Notes: generated by a model from the sequence alone, not told the origin. A stretch of DNA of 64,000 bases from Takakia lepidozioides (GCA_030704615.1 CM060733.1:15190001-15254000), one strand, 5' to 3'. Positions 49,926-64,000 are shown, numbered from the stretch's first letter. Numbers and translations are program-made.

Positions 49926-52358
49926 GTTCATGGCATATCTTTCATCGTTTGTGCATTTCTAATGCATGATTAGTTCTCTTGTATGGCATTACTAGTCGAC
50001 TCACTACAAACACCAAAACTCCAAAGCATGAATCGCTATGAATGATTGTTCAAGTAATTTCGAGCACTTCATGGAAAGTAGTAAAGCAGTGGTTGCGCCA
50101 ATTTCCACAGTCGCAATTGCCACTGGGCATGTAGCACTGCAAGTTATGTGGTCTACTACCACATGGCGCCCCGGGCCCGTGGCCATGTGGCAGCAGTGCT
50201 GCTCGTCGTGGCGCCGCCACGTCGACGTCCACATCGTCGTCCACGTCCGCGTCCATGTGTCACCGCGCTTCGGTGAGTCGGTGCACTCATCCGGAGGGAA
50301 AAGTCAAAGTCAGCCCAAAAGGTCAGACACACGGGCTTGGCAACAGCCCAGCCTCCCGTTTGATTACATGCGGTGGAGCCCCCCTTGAAGTAATCCTCAG
50401 GAACCACGTGGTTCTTCAGCATTAATCGCATTAATCGCTGAGCAGTTGTTCGCGCGTCTTCGTCCTTTACCACTCCAATCATTGGATGTCCAACCCAACT
50501 ACCACGTCTGTTGTAACTAGTCGTTTGTAACTTCCAGTCGATCCCGGTTTTTTGACTTTTACGACTCAAAATGAGTCGTTACTCCAGTGGTAACTGACAC
50601 AAATGCTTCTAGTGTAATGTCTTAATGTACCATGTACAGTTCTAAGTTAGTCCATCCTGCAAATGTGGGCTCTTGGCTCTTGTTATGATTTGGTATCTTT
50701 CCTAATGTTTACAAGGTCTTGGGGAGAGTCAGCTTGGTCTTCGCAAGCTGCGTTTCAATCTCTGCCATGTCGTGCGCATACATATCGCTACACAACTACA
50801 TCGCTGTCCAAAACCACACAACAATGTGCACACCACACACTAGTATACCACTAGTCCACCACTAGTCCAACCACTAGTCCAACCACTAGGCTACAACTAG
50901 TCAGTCACTAGGCTGCCACTATGCTGCCCACTATGGCAGTCACTAGTCCACACAATGATAAAGAAGAAGAATACAAGCACGAGCACAAAAATCTGAAGCA
51001 TAAACTCATGCATATATAACCTCATCACTCAAATACAAGTCAAGCCAAGTGCACCCCACGCCATGGGGAATCCACACTATGGCGCCATTAGCTAGGCGCG
51101 GTGAGGCTCAACTCGAGAAAAGATGAGCCTCTTGCGCTTGCCGTGAAGATAATTACTCCAGGGCCTAAATCGCCTTGACCCTGGATTGACACTTGGGCCA
51201 ATCCCAAAATGTCAATATGTAAAAGCTAGTATTTCCTAGCTAGTTTCACACTAGTGGTTAAAATAACTTAACAGCTATCGTACGCATACATATCGCTACA
51301 ACAACTACATCGCTGTCCAAAACCACACAACACATGTGCACCAACACACTAGTATACCACTAGTCCACCACTAGTCCAACCACTAGGCTACAACTAGTCA
51401 GTCACTAGGCTGCCACTATGCTGCCCACTATGGCAGTCACTAGTCCACACAATCGCCCCCCTAGCTGGTGCTTAGGTCCCTCTAATCCAGGTAGCCACAA
51501 GATGTGATAGTGACCATAGCCTCACTAAGTCCTCCACCACTATCCCTACTACACTCAAACTCGATAGATCAAGAGGCGGGTGCAAGAGTTGCCCCATCGT
51601 TAGTCGCCGTCTTGCAACCTGTGAACTTGAGCTTGGGATCTCATGTATTGACTCCTATGAGCTTGGCCTCCATGTCTTGTTAGCTGCCTCAGTCATATCC
51701 ACTGCCACTATCCCAAGCAGTGTGGACACAACCAATCTCTGTCAAGAACCTCTCAAGAGGTGGTGTCAAGCATCCCATATGCCAACCCCTTGAAATCGAT
51801 CACACACCAGCATGGTGGCTGCCCCTTTGCAGACCCACAGAGCATGCACCTCAAACCTGCAGGTACCACGCCAAGTTTAGGTCAACTCTGCCATCGACAT
51901 TGGGAAGGTGACATGGCGCACAATTACGCACATGATCCTTCTAAGTCATGCCATCCCGACCCTCCAAGATCAGGACCCCTGAGGGCAACACCTCTCGAAC
52001 CCTCAGAATAACACGCCCTGCAGTAACATCCAGAGTCGTAGGAGTAGTCTGCTGCAAAATAAACATTAGTCACCAGGGCTAAAACCTACCGAACCCAGGA
52101 CGACGTCCTCCACCACGCATAGTGGCACAACCTCAACGTATCATGGTGCTGTGCAATGGCAAAGTTCTCAAAAGCCATGGGCATGACTTTCTTGAACAAC
52201 TATGCACGCTGATCACATGCACGTACCCACACGTCTGGATCGTCAAGGTTAAGGACTGAGCAGTGTCCCTACGAATGGCTACAGGCAAATCCGGCTCTCG
52301 GCCAAAAAAGGAAATATGGTGAGAATGAGGCAAGTGATGCTTGTTTGCTGAACCTGTA

Positions 52359-55300
52359 TGTCGCGGCCCTTTGCCTTGAGGGCAGGGGGTTTGGGACACA
52401 TGAGGGGCTGCCCCTGTGGTGGGGGCAGCGGCAGCGATAGGTACGGGGGGCTGAAGCACCCTTGAGTGCCCAAGGCACTCAAGGAGGCGGAGGCGCTCAC
52501 TAGGTGGAGCCCCGCACACCGGGTTGCGGTGGGGGTGGCTCCACAAGGGGTGGTGGTAGCTTAGCGGGACTTAGTGGGGGGTGGCATAGGACTCACCATG
52601 AGGGCGGAGACCTCGTGGTGGGAGTCGTGGGGAGTCTTGGGACTCATCACGGTCCATAGGGGCCGTGATGAGTGGGCCAAGACTCACCGCGACTCATCAC
52701 CGGGAGTCGAGGGTTTTCGTGGTGGTTCGCCATAAAATGGCATGGCTGGTTATGAAACCCCCGCGGACAGCTACAGTATATAAGGGAGTAGTAACCCCGA
52801 GAACGGTGCAAGCCCGTTGGTGACCAAAAACTAGTGAGTAAGCGAGCGAGCCGGAAAGCGACCAAAGAGTGGGGAGCTGTTCCGGACTGCCATCTACCAA
52901 AGGGAATTCTCCTAGTCCCAAAGAGGTGGAGGGTTTAGAAGGAAGCGAAGGGGGACCGTTATGTCCCGGTGAGCAGCCGAAGCTCCAAGTTGGCCCGGGC
53001 GGCCAGGTTGGGAGTCAGGCGCGCGCATCAAAGCGAGTAACTATGACTTGAAGGGGAGCTTACCGAAGTGAGGTGCGCGACATTTGGTATCAGAGCTTAG
53101 AGTTCAGTACGCGATCGTCCTTGGGATTGGCCTCATCATGGGGTCGGGCAAGCCAAAGCGAAAGCGGAACGGCCCAAAAGATGATGATCCTGGTGAGCCC
53201 GATGGGGGCGACGTGTCACCGAGGCGGCCGTTTGAGGAAGCGATGAATGTTTCCGAAAACGAGGCCGCTCAAGAGCGGAGGAATCCGAGGAGTCGGAGCC
53301 CGAGGAATCCTTGAGAGCTCCGACAAACCAAGAGATGCCTCCCATGCCGGCAGCCTTTTGGGAAGGGTTGTTGGCGCAGTTTGGCGGGACGTTGAAAGAC
53401 GTGTTGAAGGCGGCTAATGCCACTTCCACTAAGGCAAAGTTTAAGGTGAAGCCTAAGGAACCCGACACCTTCGAGGGCGTTCGAAATCGGAAGGCACTCA
53501 ACACCTGGCTCTTGGAGCTAGAGCAGTACTTCCGGGCGGCCAAGTTGAGTGACGAGGATCGGGTGGAAGTGGCTCCCACCTATTTGAGGGGCTATGCTCA
53601 ACAATGGTGGCAGAAACGCCTTCACGACCGAGGCCCAAGCCCGGAAACCTTGAACTGGAGTGGGTTCAAGGAATTGATGAAGAGACAGTTTGTGCCCCTC
53701 AACGCGTCCTGGCTTGCCCGGGACAAGATGAGGAATTTGAAGCAAACAGATGACATTCGGGGGTATGTCCAGGCTTTCAATGTGCTGTTGCTCGAAGTCG
53801 CGGACATGGCAGAACCAGAAATGGTCTTCAACTTTGTGGCGGGACTGGCCCCATGGGCCAGGCGGAAGTTGGAGGAGAAGCCACCCAAGACTTTGAACGA
53901 GGCAATTGAGAGGGCTGAATGTTTCTCGGATGTCCCTAGGGGTGAAAGACAAGGCCGTACGGAGCTGAACCACAAGAAGATTCGGCGGGAAGGTGACTCA
54001 TTCTGACCGGAAAAGAAGTGGGATAGGCCACGCGGCGATAATGGCACGTGGAAATCGAAGGGAGGGCCTTCGTACGTCAAGGCGGCACCCGGTGCTCCAA
54101 AAGGAAAAGCGGGTGGAGCGGCTTATGGCGGACAGAAGGCGACCTTTGATGGAGCGTGTTTTCAATTGCGGGGAGCCCGGGCACATGGCCAAGAAGTGCA
54201 CGAAGCCCGGCAATTGAACATGACTCGGGCGACCACGGAGCTGTCGGAAGATACCATCAGTCGCTTGGTGGAAGCGGTGGTCGCCAGGACTTGCAAGGTA
54301 GGCAAATTTTCTTGTGAGTTGTATCAGGAAACTGGCGCCTTACGAAAAGGGAGTCAGTTATTGTTCGTGGATGGGATAATATCCGGAACTAATGTGTCGT
54401 TGTTGGTGGACACAGGAGCGTCGCACTCCTTCATGACGCCGGCGGCGGCGCGAAAGTTGGGACTCCCGACAAGTGACGTGGGGGCCTCTATTGAGGTGCG
54501 CTCTGCCAAAGGAGAACCTCAGTTGGCGACAAGGTTGGCGTTTGATGTTCCTCTTCAACTGGGGAGTTGGGAGGGACGTGAGAACTTCACTATCTGCGAG
54601 ATCGATGGAGTGGATCTCATTTTGGGAATGACCTTTTTGAGCAAATCCGGAGCGGTCATAGATGGCCGCAAGAGAGTAGTCACGCTGCCATGTGGGAATG
54701 GTGGCGAGGTTTTACGAGTGTCGGAAACGCCCAAATCCGTGGGAGGGCGAATAAACCTTCTATCAGCAAAGGAGTGGGCCGTGGAGGAGACACACGAGTC
54801 CCAGTTTTTGCTTTACATTAGAGAAGTGAAAGGAGAAGGCGATGGGGAGCCGAGCCCAGATTGGATCAAGGGGATTTTGGAGAAATACCAGGATGTGATG
54901 CCGGAGGATTTACCAAGCGGCTTGCCACCGCGAAGAGGAGTTGACCACAAGATTGAGGTGATACCGGGATCGGAACCGCCTGCCAAGGCGCCCTACCGGT
55001 TGAGCCACAAAGAGTTGGTCGAGCTGAAGACTCAGCTCAAGGATCTAATGTCAAAGGGGTACATCCGGCCGAGTAAGTCACCTTACGGAGCCCCGGTGCT
55101 ATTTGCAGACAAGAAGGATGGGACGCTGCGGATGTGTGTCGATTACAGGGCTCTGAATAAGGTGACTATCAAAAACCGGTACCCTTTGCCAAGGATCGAC
55201 GACCTCTTCGATCGGTTGGCAGGAGCGAAGTATTTCAGCCGGATCGACTTGCGCTCCGGCTATCACCAAATTCGGGTGGCGGAAGGAGATGAGGAGAAGA

Positions 55301-58300
55301 CCGCGTGCAGGACAAGGTATGGTTCATATGAGTTCTTGGTGATGCCTTTTGGGCTCACCAATGCACCAGCGACATTTAGCACGCTGATGAACAGCCTTTT
55401 CCAGAGTGGTTGGATGACTTTGTGATCGTGTACATCGACGACATCTTGGTGTACTCGAAAACAAAGGAGGAGCACCTGGAGCACCTCAAAAGGGTGTTCC
55501 AAAAATTGCGAGAAGGGAAGCTGTATGCCAAAGCTTCAAAGTGCGAATTCGGGGTCACAAAAGTGGAGTTTTTGGGGCATGTGATTACACAGGATGGGAT
55601 CAAAATGGATGACAGAAAGGTGAGGGCGATCTTGGACTGGGAGCCTCCGACTTCGGTCCCGGGAGTGCGATCCTTCCTAGGACTCGCCTCCTATTACCGG
55701 AATATGTGAGAAATTTCGCCAAGATCGCGGGGCCGCTGTCGGACCTTCTGTGTAAATCCAAAGTCTGGGTATGGAACACATTTTGTGGCCAAGCTTTTGC
55801 TGAATTGAAGCAGCGGATGACGGAAGCTCCAGTCTTGAAAATCCCGGAGTTCGATCGCCCGTTTGAGATTCATACAGATGCATCGGACTTCGCGATTGGG
55901 GGTGTACTTATGCAAGATGGACGTCCAGTGGCTTACGAAAGTAAGAAACTGAATGAAGTGGAGCGACGGTGGCCGACGCACGAAAAAGAGATGAAGGCGG
56001 TGGTGCATTGCCTTGAGCTCTGGCGCCACTATGTTGGTTCCAACCCAGTGAAGGTGTTCACGGACAATGTCACGGTGAAGTATTTTGCCACGCAGCCCAA
56101 GTTGTCCCCAAAACAACTTAGGTGGCAAGATACTTTGGCAGTGTTCGACGTGGATATCCAGTACAAACCGGGACGGGACAATGTGGTGGCCGATGCTTTA
56201 AGTAGAAAGCAACAGCTCTTGTTGGTGTACAAGGGCGAGACGGCACTCCAAAGGAAGATCCGGAAGGCTTGCCGGAAGGATGAGCTGGCGAAGTCCGTGA
56301 TGCAGGACTTGAGGATGGGGGTTAAATCGCAGTTCCACTTGCAAAATGGACTGCTCCGGTATAAGCAAAAGCGTCTCTACGTGCCGAAGGGAGGGATCAG
56401 GGATAGTCTCTTGAGAGAATGCCATGATAGCCCGCTTGCGGGCCACGGTGGAGCCAAGCGCACTGCGGCACTCTTGAAGAAAGAGTATTTCTGGCCCAAA
56501 CTGAGGGAGGAGGCAGAGGAGTATGTCAAAACATGCACCACATGCCAACAAAACCGGAGCGAGTACAAAAAGCAAGCGGGGCTATTACAACCCTTGCCGA
56601 TTCCAGAGGGGACTTGGGAAAGCGTCTCGATGGATTTCATGACTGCTATGCCGCTGTCAAAAGGATTCGATGCAATCATGGTGGTGGTAGATAGGTTCAG
56701 TAAAATGGGCCATTTCATCCCCACCAAGGAGACGGCAACGGCGCAGGAGACAGGGCGACTTTACTTCACCACGTCTTAAAGCATCATGGAGTCCCGAAGG
56801 ATATTGTCTCGGATCGCGATCCAAAGTTTACGAGTAAATTCTGGAGAGCACTTTGGAAGAAGATGGGGACGAGGCTGAAGATGAGCACCGCCTTCCGACC
56901 TACGACGACGGCCAAACGGAAAGAGTGAATTCCGTAGTGAAGCAATTCTTGCGGAATTACGTGTCGGCAGACCAATCAGACTGGATGGAACACTTAGACG
57001 CGGCAGAGTTCTGTTATAATAACACAGAACACTCCGCAACGGGAGTTTCCCCTTTCGTGTTGGTCTATGGAAAAGCACCTCTGGTGCCGACAAGTTGGGC
57101 CGCCCAGGACGTTGAGGAACCGGGCAGTAGCGGCGGTACTGGAAGAACGCGAGCGTTTGTTGAAGCTCGCAAAGTACAATATTGCCAAAGCTAGGAAACG
57201 GTATGAAAGGCAGGCGAATCGGAAGCGGAGGGAAGTGAAGTTTGAGGCAGGCACAGAGGTCTGGTTGAACATCAAGAATTTCCGACTACCTCCGGAAGTG
57301 AGTCCGAAGTTCGTGCCTCCGTATGCGGGACCCTTTCGCATTCGAAAGGTTATGAATGAGGATGTGTATGAATTGGAGCTGCCGGCAAACAGCAAGGTGC
57401 ACCCAGTATTCCATGTCTCCTTTTTGAAGCCTTACTTCAAAGATGAAGCGCGTCCGAATCGGCATCAAGTGTTGCGTCTGCCACCTATGCTGTTGGATCA
57501 TGAAAATGAACCTGAGTACGAGGTGGAGGCAATACTTAAGTCGAGGAGGTTCAGGAACCAAGAAACGGAGTATCTCGTCAAATGGAAGGGCTATCATCAT
57601 GTGGAGGCATCTTGGGTGCGTGCCTCAGAAATGGGAAACGCATCCGAGGCGGTTGCAGCTTTCGAAGGGCGACCTCAAAAGCGGAAGAAGCGTTGATGGG
57701 GACATCAACCTTGGAGCGTGGGGGAGGAAATGCATGCTTAGCCCGGTTTAGCTAGCTCAGGAATCCGATTGCAAAAACTTGTATTGTACAAAAATTTGTT
57801 ATAAAGGAAAAGGGTTCCAAATATTGTGCGTCCTATTGTGTTTGGAATGGTGATGCATGGTGTGGTTGGCTAGTGTGTAGAATGCATGCTAGCTTACAAA
57901 AGTGGGAGAGGTAAATTGGGTAATCGTGTGTTTGCGCAGTGCCGAAATCGGGTGACTCCCATCCAAGGGGCAAGGAAACTTGCGCCTTCTTTGGGAGTTC
58001 ACGTGCTAGTGCGCACCTGGCGCGTGCGCGTACTATAACTGCGCTACCGAGGGGTTGCCTTGTAGTGCGGGCTAACGCGGAAGCTACGTGCTTCCGTTCA
58101 CGTACTATAATCGTGTAACCTCGGGACGAAGTCGTAGTGCGGCTTCGACGTGTTCCCGTACCTCAGGCCAGCATTCCAAGGCGGACCCAATTGTAGTGAT
58201 TGGGGCGCACGGTTGGTTCAAGGTTATCTTCCTAGTCAAAAGAGGGTTCCAGGTGAACCCTTGCTCAAGGTGATGCCAAAAGCGGCATCATGAGCGATCG

Positions 58301-59331
58301 CAAGCAATGTTGTTGCAGTAAGGCGATTCGATCCTCGGGGAGGATCATTCCTTGGCCTTGAAGTAGGCCAAGAAGAGTGCACTGGGAGGAGCTGGAGAGG
58401 CTCCACCCTTGGCCGGGACTTGGAGGAAGTCGGCCGAACTAGCTAGTGGAGAGTAGAGTCAAGTGTGGGGTTTGGTTCCTTACCATGGGACGCCATGGTA
58501 CAGAAACAAACTCCTTGATGTGGGACGCCACAACTTGGATGTTCGTTTCTACAAAATGGACAAGTCGATGAGGACATCGACTCCCTGTTGGTAGGGGTGT
58601 GTGTCGCGGCCCTTTGCCTTGAGGGCAGGGGGTTTGGGACACATGAGGGGCTGCCCCTGTGGTGGGGGCAGCGGCAGCGATAGGTACGGGGGGCTGAAGC
58701 ACCCTTGAGTGCCCAAGGCACTCAAGGAGGCAGAGGCGCTCACTAGGTGGAGCCCCGCACACCGGGTTGCGGTGGGGGTAGCTCCACAAGGGGTGGTGGT
58801 AGCTTAGCGGGACTTAGTGGGGGTGGCATAGGACTCACCATGAGGGCGGAGACCTCGTGGTGGGAGTCGTGGGGAGTCTTGGGACTCATCACGGTCCATA
58901 GGGGCCGTGATGAGTGGGCCAAGACTCACCGCGACTCATCACCGGGAGTCGAGGGTTTTCGTGGTGGTTCACCATAAAATGGCATGGCTGGTTATGAAAC
59001 CCCCGCGGACAGCTACAGAAGTATATATAAGGGAGTAGTAACCCCGAGAACGGTGCAAGCCCGTTGGTGACCAAAAACTAGTGAGTAAGCGAGCGAGCCG
59101 GAAAGCGACCAAAGAGTGGGGAGCTGTTCCGGACTGCCATCTACCAAAGGGAATTCTCCTAGTCCCAAAGAGGTGGAGGGTTTAGAAGGAAGCGAAGGGG
59201 GGGACCGTTATGTCCCGGTGAGCAGCCGAAGCTCCAAGTTGGCCCGGGCGGCCAGGTTGGGAGTCAGGCGCGCGCATCAAAGCGAGTAACTATGACTTGA
59301 AGGGGAGCTTACCGGAGTGAGGTGCGCGACA
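52359..59331 (+). mobile_element. Full-length chromovirus (Galadriel-like Ty3/gypsy) nested in copy 2
   Basis: LTRs 52359-53082 and 58602-59331 (TGTCGCG...CGCGACA), TSD CTGTA (52354-52358 and 59332-59336), tRNA-iMet PBS TGGTATCAGAGC (53085-53096), purine-rich PPT ~58590-58601. Confidence 0.96.
53138..57696 (+). CDS. Chromovirus gag-pol with C-terminal chromodomain (frameshifted)
   Basis: Gag [13 protein letters not shown] knuckle, [58 protein letters not shown] and AGPF motif, chromodomain [18 protein letters not shown], basic tail KRKKR. Confidence 0.92.
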
Positions 59332-62279
59332 CTGTAGCCCATGGCTAACCAAGGAACCTGAAGATCCCAATCTCCTAGGTGTCCCTTCTGCAAGCCATAC
59401 TTGCGCAAACCCCTCTTCACCGTCTGAACAACTCTCTCTACTAAGCCATCGGCCTCAGGATGATCCCGAGAAGTGGTGCGGTGGTCTATCAAGGCTTTAT
59501 CACACAAAGCCTGAAACTCCCCCAAGAACTCTCTTCCTTGATCCGTGAGTACCTCAGCTGGAGCACCAAATCGGCTAAGCACACGATCCAAGAATGCATA
59601 CGCAGCCCCCTCACTAGCCTTGTCAGGCAATGGAACCAACTCAATCCACTTGGAGAAGTGCTCCACCATCACCAACACATATCTGTGGTGGCGCATAGTC
59701 AGTGGCAACGGTCCTGCGAAGTCAAGACTCCACCTGTAGCCCAATCCCATGATTGGTAAAAGATGCAACTGTGGTGTAGGGGTGTTGAATGAAGCACGCA
59801 CCGTGTCACACACCATGCACCTAGCCACGAACTGTTGCACCTCTGTATGCATACCACGCCACCAATACTGCCCTTGCAGTAAACTGTGAGTGTGTCGCAC
59901 TCCAAAATGCCCCAACTCATCATGGGCATGCCGCACTAACCGTGCACGCTGTGTGGGATGAGGCACAATCCTCACCCGACCATCCTCCCACACTCGAAGT
60001 AGGTGTATTCCCTCTCACTTGAACCTCTTGGCTCGTTGCAGGATCCGATCCCTTTCCCTGGCAGTCACAGTGGCTGCCGTGTCTCCCGTGCGGAGGTAGT
60101 CCAACACAGCCGAATCCTCATGTATATCTCTGGCACCACCTGGCTCATCACTAGCCTCAGGGTCCTCAGACACTCCGTCTACAGTCACCTCTGTTGTAGG
60201 TCCAACCTGACCTCCCGATGCCAAGATACACAAAAATGCAGATGCGTGCCATCCCGGCACCATCTCCTTGTCCGTCTCACCATGCCACCGAGCTCCAGTG
60301 TCATCCTGCTGGCTCATGCATGGATTGCGACTCAATCCATCCGTATCCCGATTGACCAAACCCGGTCGATGCATAACCTGAAAGTCATACTCCTGGAGTA
60401 TGAGTGCCCACCGTGCAAGCTTCCCCGTAAGCTTGTCTGACTCCATCAACCACTTGAGTGGCTGGTGATCCGTGACAAGGGTGAAAAGATTGCCGTATAG
60501 ATAGCACCTGAAGTGTGTCACGGCCCACACTGCAGCTAAGCACTCTCCCTCATATGAGCTGTACTTAGCCTCTGCAGCGTTGTTCGAGCGGCTAGCATAA
60601 GACACTACGAACTCTCTTCCCTCATCATCCACCTGTGTGAGCACCGCTCCAAGCCCCAGCATGCTCCAATCCGTATGCAGCTGAAAGGGACGCCCCCTGA
60701 TAGGTCGTCTCAGGATAGGCGCCGAGGTCAACCTCGCCTTGAGCTCTTGAAAAGCTCGTTCCTGCTCATCACTGCCACTCCTGGTCCATCTTGGTCAGTT
60801 TGATTAGAGCCTTTGCAATGGTACTAAATCCCTTGACAAACCGTCTATAATAGTTTGCCAACCCCATGAAAGCTCGAACTCGGCTCACATCCGTGGGGCG
60901 TGGAATTTGTGCAATGGCCTCTACCTTAGTTTGCTGTACCCCCAATCCTCCAGGATATATCATGTGACCCAGATACTCAATCTGGTTGAGGAAAAACTTG
61001 CACTTCCTCGGATGCAACTTCAATCCGTGCGCTCTCAAGCGCTCCAATACCACCTGAAGGTGTCTCTCATGCTTCTCCATCGTAACACTAAAGATGATGA
61101 TGTCATCTATGTAGCACCGAGCAAAGTCCACCCCTGCTAGAATCCTATCCATGACTCTTTGAAACTCTGCAGGAGCATTCTTAAGCCCAAATGGTAAGAA
61201 CCGCCACTGATATAGGCAATCCTTGCCGTGCTCATTGATCCCCCAGAATGTTGTCTTCTGCTTGTCCGCCTCCTTGATTGGCAACTGGTGATATCCGGAT
61301 CGTAAATCCAAAGTGCTAAAGACCTTAGCATGCTCGATGGCATCAAAGATCTCCTCTGGTGTTGGCATGGCATACTTATCGGACTTGATCTGACGATTTA
61401 CAGGCCGGTAATCACCGCACATACGTCTCTCCGTCCAATTGCCATAGACATCCTTCTTGGCTGGCATCATTGTGGCTGAAGCATACTCTCCACCAGAGAG
61501 CTCCACCAAACATGCCTCCCAGAGATCTTGAGTCCTCATCTGAATCAAAGACCTCTCCATGTCACTGTATCTATAGGGTCTCCGAAAGATTGGCGTGTCA
61601 GTGGCTAACTCAATACGGATCTCTTGACCCTTCAGTGCTGTTAGTCCTTCAAACTGAAGGCAAAACAATTCCTGTAAGCCCTTAGGAACCGCCGTATACG
61701 TCGTCTCTCTCCTCCGGTGACAATGGGTCCAATGTCAGGCTCCCAATTGTCCTCCGTAACTGCAACCTTAAGTCCAGTGGGCTTAGAGGTAGAGGACGCG
61801 TCCAGTGGTTGCTATGTTGCAACCTCTTGAGCAATACTCCCTACCTGCTCAGTCAGTGACAAGGCCTCATCCTGCCCCATCATCTCATCCTCAAAAACTT
61901 CCTCCACCCGAGAAAAATCCCCAACCTCATCTTTCATCGCCACCTTGGCTGCCAACTCCCTTTGAACCTCGAGCACCTCCCACGTGTGCCATGGATGCAT
62001 GCACCCCGTGGTCCTCACATGCTCGCCCCCACTCACTGCCTATACCGTCTCGGTAGGCAGAGAGACCATCGAGGGAAGTGTACTCCGCACTCTGCGTTGC
62101 TCAGCCATAGCCAAGCTGATAATCCAGGTCAAGCAATTGAGATCCATTGCTTGCCCCAACACTTGACGATGTGATGCCTCAAAAAGAGACGACACCGCCG
62201 TGGTACCAGTGGTAAAACTATTGTTGGTATCATTTCTATGCTATCAAAAGCCTCGCTCTTTGCTCTTGCTATTCTGGTA

Positions 62280-63205
62280 CTTGAACCTTTGCCTTAGTGG
62301 AAGTGGCATTAGCCGCCTTCAACACGTCTTTCAACGTCCCGCCAAACTGCGCCAACAACCCTTCCCAAAAGACTGCCGGCATGGGAGGCATCTCTTGGTT
62401 TGTCGGAGCTCTCAAGGATTCCTCGGGCTCCGACTCCTCGGATTCCTCCCGCTCTTGAGCGGCCTCGTTTTCGGAAACATGCATCGCTTCCTCAAACGGC
62501 CGCCTCCGTGACACATCGCCCCCATCGGGCTCACCAGGATCATCATCTTTTGGGCCGTTCCGCTTTCGCTTCGGCTTGCCCGACCCCATGATGAGGCCAA
62601 TCCCAAGGACGATCGCGTACTGAACTCTAGGCTCTGATACCAAGTGTCGCGCACCTCACTTCGGTAAGCTCCCCCTCAAGTCATAGTTACTCGCTTTGAT
62701 GCGCGCGCCTGACTCCCAACCTGGCCGCCTGGCCAACTTGGAGCTTCGGCTGCTTACCGGGGCATAACGGTCCCCCCTTTGTTCTCCCAAAGAACCCTCC
62801 ACCGATTTGGAACCAGAGGGAATTCCCTTTGGTAGTTGGCAGTCCGGAACAGCTCCCCACTCTTTGGTCGCTTTCCGGCCGCTCGCTTACTCACTAGTTT
62901 TTGGTCACCAACGGGCTTGCACCGTTCTCGGGGTTACTACTCCCTATATATACTTCTGTAGCTGTCCGCGGGGGTTTCACAACCAGCCATGCCATTTTAT
63001 GGCGAACCACCACGAAAACCCTCGACTCCCGGTGATGAGTCGCGGTGAGTCTTGGCCCACTCACCACGACCCCTATGGACCGTTATGCCCCGGTAAGCAG
63101 CCGAAGCTCCAAGTTGGCCAGGCGGCCAGGTTGGGAGTCAGGCGCGCGCATCAAAGCGAGTAACTATGACTTGAGGGGGAGCTTACCGAAGTGAGGTGCG
63201 CGACA
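62280..63205 (-). mobile_element. Truncated second chromovirus copy: gag 5' end, PBS and a rearranged LTR with a 129-bp inverted repeat
   Basis: Reverse-complement gag (62280-62590), PBS (62631-62642) and LTR from 62645; 62645-62773 and 63077-63205 are inverted copies of the U5 end. Confidence 0.88.
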
Positions 63206-64000
63206 ACTCATGTCTTAAGTTCACAAGCCAATCATAGTAGTAATAGGCTTGGTTATATAAACCAATCACCATCTCAGTCACTGTAAGCATATACATTTCA
63301 TGAGCCATTCTCCAGCCTCTCCCTCACTCTCAGTCCAGCCCCACACACTCCCTTCTCCATCAGTTCATCACTCCAAAGATCATTCCTCCGCCATACACCC
63401 CAACCTCTTACTCACTTAGATTTACCCTAAACCTTGCTCGGTTCTGCCTCTACCTCTGCTTTACACAAAACCCTACCCTAAACCCTACACATCATGAAAA
63501 TGCTCAATCGCTTCCACAATCTGAGAGGAACTAAGGGTGAGATTGTACTCATAAGACGTTGTTTGTCGTAGCCTTGTGGCCATTGACCCCGCGCCCAGTT
63601 TGAGGGGGAACAAAAGGAACAGAACCTACCTCTGTCAGGGGCTGACGTTGGTAGTAAGACTTACCTTCATATAAAGACCGCATGTCCTCCTTCCAACTAA
63701 GTTCAGCAGATGTTCAACAATCCTTTCACCATCTCTTCACACAAGACATCCCCTACTTTAATGATTGTACCGCTGGCATGAGCAACATCTAAAGGCAGTA
63801 CACCAGCAACACTTCACCAGCAGAGACACCCATTCCGTAGCACTTTCATGACCTCCTACTGTAATTCAGAATGTTGTTCCTTCTCCCATGAATATCAAAC
63901 CCCGCGATCGCGGTTGTCCCACCATCGTGCATGCCTTCATGCCCCGATTCTAGGGCTTGAGTCCCTGTCTACCCCCTATCCCACCAGCTCCGCTCGTCAT

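Larger units (their letters stand above)
50768..62218 (-). mobile_element. Second, inverted, 5'-truncated copy of the gypsy-DNMT-PHD element, interrupted by a chromovirus
   Basis: Reverse complements of B2 (50768-50954), A2 (50956-51273), B1 (51276-51451), PPT, PHD/INT (51708-52358), INT-RH-RT (59337-61810) and the DNMT motif IX-X tail up to 62218. Confidence 0.92.

Noticed and set aside
50002-50619. Non-autonomous CACTA element
   Set aside because: CACTACAA at the left, but the right TIR and 3-bp TSD are only partial matches.

Overview
Eukaryotic, intron-rich plant DNA; the gene content fits a land plant and possibly a non-flowering one (inference). The left ~37 kb is genic: a BLTP3/UHRF1BP1-like gene (3' part), AE7/CIA2 with a U12 AT-AC intron, ferroportin/IREG, a MUS81 pseudogene with two internally inverted exons, TSP9, DOHH, a truncated CLC fragment and SMT1. 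The right ~27 kb is a retrotransposon nest. The main candidate for a new system is an ~11 kb Ty3/gypsy-type element (37822-48897), with a second, inverted and 5'-truncated copy at 50768-62218. It encodes Gag-protease-DNMT3-like C5 cytosine methyltransferase, then an in-frame UAG-CAA-CCA (CARYYA) readthrough-type stop found in both copies, then RT-RNaseH-integrase-PHD finger. Its terminal repeats are split (A...B-A-B) rather than normal LTRs, with a palindromic GACAGCTGTC junction, and its primer-binding position is complementary to the element itself rather than to a tRNA. A young Galadriel-like chromovirus (5-bp TSD) sits inside copy 2, and a fold-back LTR fragment follows. All protein identities come from motif recognition by eye; no searches were run. 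Many 1-bp indels could be decay or assembly errors.
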